A stretch of DNA of 58,766 nt, the filler included, from Basidioascus undulatus (taxonomy: Eukaryota), in the NCBI GenBank assembly GCA_000826855.1. It is 4 parts of 4 records of this genome, joined end to end, with 100 filler letters (N's around TTAATTAATTAA, not from the genome) between each part and the next. Parts side by side here need not be neighbours in the genome. Positions count along the whole stretch, not along the records: positions 9,686 to 39,407 come from JTLS01000124.1; 3 more parts are not named here. One strand, 5' to 3'. Below the pieces are notes generated by a model. It did not search any database. It was not told where the DNA came from and saw nothing but the letters and a program-made list of their open reading frames with translations. A program made the translations under genes and the position numbers. This document shows positions 13,612-23,467 of the stretch, piece by piece; the first letter of the stretch is position 1, and each line of letters opens with the position of its first letter.

Positions 13612-13626
13612 CCATATATATATTAT
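13612..13626 (-). promoter_or_regulatory. TATA-like element upstream of PMA1
   Basis: Isolated atatatatattat run in GC-rich DNA about 520 nt upstream of the PMA1 ATG, followed on the minus strand by a long pyrimidine-rich leader. Confidence 0.5.
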
Positions 13627-16600
13627 CCACGGTGGGGCTGCCTCTTGCCCCCCGCGTTCCATTTGCAGCCAATTTCAAGCGCCCTCTGGGCAGGTCCCGC
13701 CACTTGCAAGGCCCCGCTGGGGTTCGGCTCGGCGACGTCTCCCGGCCAACCGCCCCGCCTCTTCTTGAGCAAAGACTTGGCAGTCTCGCAATACGGCCGT
13801 GGTATGCGAACAGGTTTTTCAGCCCATGTTTGTCGAAGGAAACATAACACAGGAGCAGTTATATCTCGGGTTGTCCAGTTCGAAGGCACAACTACGACTG
13901 TCGCAAGATAACATAAAAGCACGGAGCCACACCATTCCCCACAGGCCGGCTTGCAAGGGACTGCGGAGCCCGCCTGTCGCAGCGCTTTGGAAGCCAGTTC
14001 CTAACTTCAACCAACTTAAGCCTCCTTCACTTGTTCATTAATAGTCTTCCTGAGGCATGACGCATTAAACGCTGTACTGCCAGCACAATGAACAAGTACA
14101 GACCTTCAAGCGAAATACTGCACTCTGCCAGCCCAGCCCGGAAGAACATTGCTGTAGAAATTTCACTGCACTCCTCATTCGCAACAAACAGTACGGCCGT
14201 GGTGGTGAGAATACGGACTTCCTTCTCCGTGAGCAACATAACGCAACACTGCGTTGGGGAGGAATTTACCCGGTTTACAGTCGTGCCCCTGTTGGATGGC
14301 GTTCTTGGCGCGCCCGTGTGATGCTGGCCCGGCTCGCCTTCGCAGCACTTGCCCTTTTCGTTATGGTATCGGTAATTGTATGCGGCGGCAGCGCTGGTAG
14401 CGAATCAGACAGCGGAAGACAGATAAGGATTGCGTAGCTTCGTCAAGCATCGTGAAATTTCGCAGCCGCCAGTAGCCGCCCTTCTTTTCACAACCACAAG
14501 TGGTGATCTGCAGCTTCCTATCGACCACTTTTACAACGGTGAAATTTTTGCTTCTCAGTATGTTTTTCCGAATTATTCAATACTCCTGTCTGGTTTTCAG
14601 CCGCCTCTTTGTGCAACATTTCTCCTCTGGAGCTATGTTTCGGGGGAAGCACTGCCTGTGCCAAGAGCGCTGCTCGTTCGCGTTCTGCTGCGTGTGTCGT
14701 GCGACCTCCCCTGTTGTGCCAGATGCCAGCAGCGGCATGATGTTACTCGTTTCGCTTACAGTAGCACAGGGAACACCGCGGTACTCTATTCTTCACGTGG
14801 GCCCGAGAATAGCCCATCGCGTATTGCGCCCTTGGCATTGCGCGCACAGGCATCCACGACTGCAAGTGACTGCTGCGAACTTGCACGGCGCCGCACGGAT
14901 CATCAGCGTCTTATCGTGCCGCGGAACGGTTGGAGACTGACGTCGTTCTCCTACTCAGCCTGCGCAGATCCCAGCTTGATAAACAAGTTCAGCAGGTACA
15001 TCGCTTGAGCGCGAGCCGGCGGATTGGAAGTCACGAGCGAGCTCGAGGTTGCTTCTCGTGTGCATAGCTCAGGAAGGGCCGAGAGGAACGGACTGCGAAG
15101 CGCGCAGATTGCAATCCGGCACACAGAGCAGGAGAGAAAACCCGCTGTTTTCAGGGCAGCGGAAGACGGCATTCTTGGAGAGGTTTGGACTTGAGCGTCA
15201 TCGCGGTCTTGTCTTACGGTGATGTAGCCGCACGCCGCGATGGTCGAAGCGTTTGCTCATTGCCGCAGGCATACTAATCTCGCACGCTCAACACGCAAAG
15301 CACGATTTATTGTAGCGAGTGCTTTTTGCTTGCCTTGAACTTCAAGAGATCACCGTCCACGTTCACCACGTTCAGGTATCTCATGAAAGTGCTGTCCCCG
15401 ACACCATAGAAAATTATTACAATCTGGCTCGGAGCAAAGCGTTGCAGTGGAGCACCAGAGAGGACTGCGAACTCTTCCGAATCGTTCGACCAGACGTGAT
15501 GGCTCTTCATCGCGCCAATGGCTCTCGAGGGTGCGTACCACAACATGTTCACAACCAACTGCAACCATGAGACCACTCAATCCTTTCTTGTCTCCTTAGT
15601 ATTGAGGCCCAAGAAACCTTGCCGGGATCCTCCGACTTGCTGCCCGCATCTTTTCGAGGCCGGTGTGTGGCTGGGTAATGCACCGAGATAGGCAGCGGTA
15701 AGCCAAGGTTGCCGTTTCTCTTGAAAACTGAAAATTGTCCCAAGCCATCAGTCGCCCCCCGCCCGCGATCATTCTCCAACCCAACGTATCTTTCTGCGAT
15801 ACCGGGTGGCTATCATGCACTGCGGCTCGCACAGTCCCGTCCATTCAATTACGCAGAAGAATCGCTGGAGACTTCACATTTACTTTATTAAAAGGTCAAG
15901 AGAACTTTGACGAGAGCTAACTTTTAAGTGGCATCTTTCGAAATGTGCGATTGTGTATCGCCATATTGGACATATCGCTCGAGTGCTGGTTTGCGCTTAC
16001 CTTCTACTTACCCGTGGCGCTCTGTCCGCTGAATAAGGAAATTCTCCTGCAGGCCTGACCGAGAATCAGATCCTGACATCACGTTTTGAAGTTCGCATTG
16101 GTCACACTGAACTCCCGCAGTGCCTCAGATGAGCCAGGACGAGTCAATTTTCGACTAGCCAAGGTTCTCCGCACCTCAGAAGGTGCCTTGAAGCGCTACT
16201 TTGATTTAAAAAAAAACCGAGAGCTCGCCAGTCGTATCATCCTGAGAAAGCAACATCAGCCTATCCCACCATCAAAGGAATGGCGGCCGCCTTGAGACCC
16301 CTCAACGCCGAAACTGTAGCTCATGAGCATGACCTCTTTACACACCACAATTTATGGCTTTTAAAAGGAAGTTCATATTGGCAAAGCACTATCTGACCAA
16401 ACAGCAGAGGTCCTGCTAGGTTCAGGTCGTGCCGCCGCCACGTCGTCGCCTCGCGAGTGTGCGCTATCTCGATCTCATCCGATCATCAGCTACTCGTCTG
16501 ACATTCCCATAGCTTGAAACGAGCAGGCCTTACTGCGTTTTCCTTCCTCTCCCCTCTCGCCCCCCCTCCCCCTCTTTCTCTCGGATCCCGCACGAGCTGT

Positions 16601-17400
16601 GTTAGGTACGATAGCGTGCGGCCCTTAGTTTGCAGTCACTGCAGGTGTTGCGCATGTGTACGTTCGAACGTTTTCACACCACTTAAGCAGGCACTGAATC
16701 CATTTGAGGGCAATGTGAAGCGCTCTGATAGTTATCAACGGGGGAAGCTGGCGCATTCAGTAGTTCTTACGTCTGCGCCATGTCGAAAGTCCCCGCTCAC
16801 GCGCTTCCAAGCTGCCATTCGCCCGCGCGCTGCTCCCCCATGACAATTCAACCAATAACGTTCATATGAAAGGGCATGTCAAGCTTCTGAAGGAGCAAGG
16901 TGTGTCTCTTGGTGTGCAGAATCACCTCGCATCCTGCGAGTTCCGACAAGCCATGCTTTTATCAGGCCTGAGCTCCTTTCCTACCATTCACAAGAGCAGC
17001 AAAAGGCTGATAAACAATAGTGCTGTACCTCTTTCTACGTAATTTCGTCCCTTGATCGATGATCATGACAAATCTGTGGACGAAAGCCGCCGTTTCGCGT
17101 TCATGGGCTGTGTAGTAACGGTGATCACGTCAATGAAGTTGCAGGTGACCTCCCGTTGCCCAATTCAGAACTTAATGCCTACAGAATTTACGCTGGGCTC
17201 TCCCCTTGGAGGATGTCTTGGCTTGGACAGCCCGCTGAGAGGTGCGGAGGCGGACGCTGCGCAAACTAGCAAGTGCAGGCGACCGTACTGTTGTCCCAAG
17301 GTTTAAATCATTCAAGTATCCGGTCCATTGTACATTTCGGTGTTCAAGGTTGATGTGTCCAATCACCTTGCGGCCTGCAATGTCCTTGCTGATGGCCAGA

Positions 17401-18812
17401 CTAGTTGCCGTACTGTAGAGTCGCAGCGCGGTGGGTCAGCGAAAGCTCCGATCTCACGCTGGATGGTGCTAGTGCCATGGACTGCACCTTATTCCTCGTC
17501 CTTCTTCTTGTCATCGTCCTGATTAGGATGGTTTCAGCCCCACACACGGGATTGATACGCGTACAATGTTGACTGCACCTTCTTTTCATCCTTTTTGTCC
17601 TCGTCCTGAATAGAGGAGGTCAATGAAATCTCAAACTTCACTATGGACACAGCTAAGGCATTTAAGGCACCTTCTTCTTGTCGTCGCCCTAGGAAAAAAA
17701 GTTCAGTATTAGATACGCTATCGATATGAGTAACGTTGACTCAATGTACTTTCTTCTCGTCCTTCTGATCCTTCTTCTCCTCGCGCTTCCGCTTATCATC
17801 TTCCTTCTTCTCCTCATCCTGAATGGAGAAAGTCAGTGCAAGCTCAGACGTCCCTATGGACACCAGTAAAGCATTGATAGCACCTTCTCCTTCTTGTCTC
17901 TGGATGGAGGAAGTAAGCAACAGCTCAGACTTCACTATGGATCTATGGGTGCAAGTGAAGCATGGAGCGCATGGACAGCACCTTATTCTTGCCCTCGGCC
18001 TTCCTCTTCTCATCATCCTGACGAGGACGAGGTCAGCACGAGATGGATGCACGATGGATATGTGTAAACGTTGAATGCACCTTCTTCTTGTCCTCGTCCT
18101 GATGGCGCGCGTCAGCGACAGCTCAAACTGCACCATGGACGAACGTAAAAGTTAAAAGCACCTTCTTTTTCCTCGCGCTTCGTCTTCTTCTTGTCCTCGT
18201 CCTGACGGGGGAGTCAATGACAGCTCAGACTCCTCTATGAATGAAGCATCGAAGCACCTTCTTTCCGTCACTTTCCTCCTTCTTTTTATAATCGTCCTAT
18301 TAGCTCGCTTTGGGTCAGCAACGGCCGACAACCCAGGCTAAATGGACCATCAACTATACCTTCTTCTTCGTGTCCTCATCCTTCTTTTTGTCGTCATCCT
18401 GTGAGATCGCGTTGGGTCAGCAACAGGCTACACTCCAGGTTGAATGCAGCCTCAACCGTACCTTTTTCTTCTTGTCCTCAACGTTCTTGTCCTCGTCCTA
18501 GTGAGGATGGGATCAGGGAAAGCCAGCTGGATGTGGGTGGCAAGTGGAACGTTGATGTACCTTCTTCTTCTTATCTTCGTCCTTCTCTACCTCCTGTATT
18601 AACCCAAACAGTTTGCCGTTAGCATCACTGCGTCCTGCAAGTGGCCCGAGGCAACGTGCCCTCTTGAAGTTGTCATTCCAGTGACGCTTGCCCAAATCAC
18701 CCGCATCACGACGGCTCAGCATGTTGGAGCCGGTCACGACGTCGAGCGGCATGGCCGCTGCCATGGCGGAGGCCGAGAAGGCAACGACGGCAAAGATGGA
18801 GCTGGTGCGCAT
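17401..18812 (-). CDS. Secreted Lys/Asp/Glu-rich precursor encoded by a tandem micro-exon array (about 14 exons)
   Basis: Exon 1 (18812-18660) reads MRTSSIFAVVAFSASAMAAAMPLDVVTGSNMLSRRDAGDLGKRHWNDNFKR. Micro-exons bounded by YAG and GT, with CTRAY-like branch sites: 18593-18561 EVEKDEDKKKK; 18497-18462 DEDKNVEDKKKK; 18398-18360 DDDKKKDEDTKKK; 18296-18258 DDYKKKEESDGKK; 18201-18162 DEDKKKTKREEK(+1); 18098-18081 DEDKKK; 18017-17982 DDEKRKAEGKNK; 17899-17884 (+1)DKKEK; 17818-17750 DEEKKEDDKRKREEKKDQKDEKK; 17688-17671 GDDKKK; 17605-17579 DEDKKDEKK; 17518-17488 DDDKKKDEE*; 17412-17401 YGN*. Confidence 0.8.
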
Positions 18813-20626
18813 TTTGAGTGGAGTGGGTGGGGAGCGTGTGGATTTGAGGAAGTCCAATAGGCTTGTGTATAAGTGTTTTTGGAGAGCTTGGGAGAAAGCT
18901 GGGTGATGAAGCTTTCCAACCTGTTGAACGCTGGCCTTTTTAACGGGGAAAGGAGCAGAGATGCGCACTGCAGCGGTGACCACAGTCTGTGGCACCAGGT
19001 TGTCCCGCTGCCTGACTTCACTTGAAGACATTCATAGCGAAAGTTATTTGCGTCAGCATGAAAAGGTGGCGTGCACTCTCTCGTGAATCAAATACTACCG
19101 TTGCTGATCGCCCAACTAGCATGGGCGTCTCCATGGATGCGGAGCAAAGTCAGGCACCGCTCACGGAGCCACGGGATCTGTTCGATGGGAGACAAATTGT
19201 GCAATCGCGATGATAGTACTTTCATCACAATGTTTCCCGGCTTCGAGAAGGCTCCGACCAAGATCTGAAGCCGGCCGCATTGCGGGAGGGGCTCGCGGTG
19301 CGACTCTGGTGCTTGCGCTCGCTGGCATGGACCAGCTTTCCAGGAGGCATTACGGGGGCAAGAGCTGTGATGACCCTGAAATAGACCAAGGATTTTCATT
19401 TACAGCATCCTCCCTTGTGCGACCGCCGAAGATCGATCAGCAATCCACGAGCGACCAGTGCGGGGCAGTCAACCTCTGATCTTCTCGGACTATTTTCGCA
19501 AGGTCTTGGCGAAGCCTCTCCACCAGAGCCTGAAAAAGTGTTAAATATGACGCCACGGCCGTTTAATATGGTCTCTCATTCATGCGATCCTTCTGCGGCT
19601 GCCCATGCAGCGAGACGGACGCGGCGCCCTGTAAGCTGCGAGGTGTTGGTTGGCCTGGAAGAAGGCAGTGGGTACGCACGTCAGGAGACACAAATTCGGA
19701 AGACAAGATCGAGATAAGCATGATAAAGACGGCAGAGAGGCAGAAGGGAAGGCACAAAGCTGAACCTCTTTCTTGGACACAACTGGTCAACTTGCTGGAC
19801 CTCGATCGACTCATGATTATCCAACATCATCACGGACCGCCAACCCGCCCGGCAATCACCATCGTTGGCGAAAGACCATCGCAGAGCAAGGCGGAACGGA
19901 CGCCAATCGAGCTGTCGTACCGTCCTGTCTCCATCATAGTCCTCCGCCGCGACGTGATCTTGCTGCAGTTGCAGATTGACGAAGCTCCTTTGCTTAAGGC
20001 TATTACTCATCCATCTCATGCGAGTCCTCCGAGACGTTTTCATACCGCCAAGTATCAGGTCGCGTGAATAGTTGCGTATGTAGAGGCCAATTGAGTCGTG
20101 AAGACGGACGCGACACGCTTTCGCTGCAGCATTCGATTCGTGACGAACATCTTAGCATGTGCGGAGCAAACCCCGATTCGGTGATGACCACCAAGTGATG
20201 AAGACTTTGAGCAGTGAGAAATTTACCAGCCGTGCCTCGAATAGCTGGGTGGAACGCGAGCCAAATAATGAGTTTGGTTTGAAGGCCATCAGCGAACGCC
20301 GGATGCGAGCGTTACGAGCAGCGACCCTAGATGTATGGAACAGCACCATGTCGGGCGATACGTCCATCGAGGGATACACGCGACACGTCGAGCGAAAGGA
20401 ACACGAGGGCAGCGTCGACGTCAGTATTGCGGCGAAGCAACCAGGTCAAACAAGTCAAACGTGAGCACGCCCGAGCGGTCGTCGTCAATCGCATGCCTCA
20501 CATAGGACCATAGGGCAGAATCAGTAGGGAATGGTGTACAAACCGCACGCCGGACGGCCTAAGTTCGACATGCGGTAGGGCTGGATGGGATGGTGCAGGT
20601 GACAAGGAAACCGAAAGAGGACACGC

Positions 20627-21236
20627 TCAGAACTGCCGACGCCCCAAACCGCGAAGGTTAGCATACAAACTTGGGAGCGGAGGCCTAAAACGGGGTAGAC
20701 GCACCCGGAGCTGGGAGAAGAACCAGCGGTTCTTGCCAGACTGGTACCGGTCCTCAAGCAGCTTCTTGACGACCTTCTTGGCGTCCTCGCGCTGCGAAGG
20801 CTCCTTGAAGGTGTCCTGGGTCACGACACCCTTGAGGCCCTCAAGCTCGAGCGCGTAGCGGGTCGGCATCAGGTGGGTGTAGTTGACCGACTGTTCGCTC
20901 AATCCCTCCCGTCAGCTCCCTGCCACCGGAAGGATTCGACTGGACCAGAAGCGTACCTTGATGAAGGGCTTGACCTTGGAGCGGCGCGAGACCTTCTTGG
21001 CGCCCATGCGCTTGGTCACCTTGCGCGGGTAGCGCTCGATGCCGGCGACGCTGTCGTTCCCACCAAACGTAAGTGCCAGCTCGCTTCAGTCCCCGGCGAG
21101 AGAAGACGGACATGGCGTGGCCGTAGGGGCGCTCCTTGGTCCCGTCGTCGTACTGCTTGATGACGACGACCTTCTTGCCGGCGAAGCGGCCTGAGAGGAC
21201 GACGGCGACCTTGCCAGCCTTGTAAACCTTCGGCAT
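20627..21236 (-). CDS. RPL27: 60S ribosomal protein eL27
   Basis: [103 protein letters not shown]; the last exon is only TTC TGA. Confidence 0.97.
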
Positions 21237-22794
21237 TCTCTGCGGGATTGGCAAAAAGGAGGTCAGCTTGCTTTCGGGCTGCGGCGGATTGGAGTCCAGC
21301 CCGGCGGGCGGTGGACGGGCAGTGGTGTAATGCTCCCCGTTGGGAAATTGAGAACCGACCCAAGCCCCACGACATTCAGAAATGACCCTCAAAGCCATCG
21401 CTGCTCCTATACGCGGAATTGCGGGCGGTCGGACGAGCGCGCGCCGACCCGTGCCAGGTTTGCACTTCCCCAACATCCGCGTGTGCCCCTTCTTCAACCC
21501 GTCTGTCCTCCAACCTCCGTGCTGCAGCACGAATCTGGCGCGGCCTCAAACCAGCACCGGCTCGCCGGAGACTCTCAAGGCCAGCCCCGAACCCCCTGCA
21601 CGCTCCCTGTACAGCTTCTGGGGAGGCAGACTCACGACTTCTGTTCGAGAGAAACGGAGCGCAAAAGTGCACGACGGCGCACAGAAGGTAGGGTGTGCGG
21701 TGGTGCAGCGGAGAAAGAGGACGGATGGGTCGAGGGATTCGGAGAAGGCGCAGGGAGGTCGGCAGGGGCAGAGGGGACGGCCGTGCGTCAAGGCGGAATG
21801 CGGTATCGGGAGAAAGCGACAGCGGAGGGGATGAAGAATATGTGGATCGGAACGTCAGTACATCTGCCTCGTGCAAAAAGTCAGTATGCTGTTTACCAAA
21901 CGCACGAGGATGGGCGACGAGGTGGGGCGGAGGAGGTCAGCACGCTCAGTTCGAAAATGTGCCTGCTCACGTTTGGCCTTTCGGTGAAAGCTGAATTCCC
22001 CTCGGGCCGATGACCACCCTCTCCATCTTGCAACTTGCTTCCTTCAACCCATCCATTTCTTCCACATTGAAATTATCTCTTTGATCAATCTTGTACCTTC
22101 TTTTGATCAGAGTCTGATTTATAGAGACAAAGAGCGATTCCGAGTCTTCAGTTGATGCGACCTCGATGCGTACGCGGGAGCTGATAGCGATCCTTTGCAT
22201 GTCTTGTTGGCCGTCGTGCAGAGTACTAACGAAACATTTAATTTGGTTCAATGAAAATAGTCGAGCTTCCAGTCCAGGACAGTGAGAGGATCTTATCCCT
22301 TGAAGCCTCGAGGTCGGGATGAGAGATCGCTTTTCCTCGCGCAGACATGCCTTCCGAGTCGTCCCTTTCTCTTTCACTCTAGATTGATGTGGACGATTCT
22401 GATACAGCATTCCATGCTCTTGGAAGTGTGTCCAGACTAAATGGGACGGGCGACGGTCAGTTCTTGCTCTGAGAGCGGCGTCGTCCGCCAAAGGGGCCCT
22501 CAGTGAGGAAGGCTAGCTGCATCGCTCACAGGATCAATCCGGTCAATCGTCTCACGGCAAATCAGCCCCTTAAGCGAATGGTAGTAAGACTGCTTAAGCA
22601 TTATCAGGGCTCCGAATTAAGCACGGGTTTTCGGTTCGATCATTCACATTCTCTGCACAACTCGACTACACTTAACATCGTGTCGAGCAACCAAGACTGG
22701 CTATGCCGATTCTGTGGCCTAGAGACAGGAATGTTATTCGAATAGTCAGCCTCGTTGCTCGCTCGAAAGGCTCAAAGGACGCACCGGCACTCAC

Positions 22795-23467
22795 CTAGAA
22801 CGGGAACGTAGGCACGACGGCGCCTGTCCCTCCCGCTCCGCCAGCCCCAAGGCCTCCGAAAGCCGCGCCTGTGTAACAGAGAAATTAATCCCGCGCCTCG
22901 GGTTAATCATGTTGCGTTCAGCTACACCAAGCTCACCTCCTGTCCCCGGCCCTCCTCCCGGCCCAACACCCCCTAAGCCCGCGCCCCCCGCCGCACCGCC
23001 GCCGACTGTTCAAGTATTTCAAGTATTTCAGCTCCACGTCGGTATTGAATTAGAGTATAAGCAAGCTCACCTCCAGTACCACCGACTGGGCCAGTAGGCG
23101 GTGCCGACCCGGCTCCAGTAGCCCCACTTCCCCCTACCCCCAATCCTCCGAACGCCCCGCCTCCTTGTCCCGCCCCACCTCCCAGCCCGCCTCCTACTCC
23201 AAGCCCACCTTGCGCCCCGCCCCCAACGCCCGTCCCCCCGATCCCGCTCCCGATGGGGTTGAAAGGAGGCGGCTGGCCAGGCGCTGTCCCTCCGAAGCCT
23301 GGGGGACGAGGTACCTGCGCTCCGAGCGCGCCGCTTCCGCCTACCCCTCCACCACCTACCGCAACGCCGCCTGCACCAGCCCCGCCGGTCTGAGGAGCGG
23401 GGGCCGCGTGCGCTGCAGAGAGCGAGAGAGCGAGGAGAACGAACTGTGTGAGGCTGGCGCGATGCAT
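22795..23467 (-). CDS. Small secreted glycine-rich protein (3 exons, 179 aa)
   Basis: Signal peptide MHRASLTQFVLLALSLSAAHA. Exons 23467-23071, 23005-22937 and 22868-22795 splice in frame via GTGAGC...CAG introns and end VVPTFPF*. A TATAA element lies about 60 nt upstream. Confidence 0.85.

Noticed and set aside
17488..18600. Regularly spaced CTT/GTC-rich repeats suggesting a CRISPR-like array or microsatellite
   Set aside because: Eukaryotic DNA; the units are bounded by splice sites and translate coherently, so they are exons
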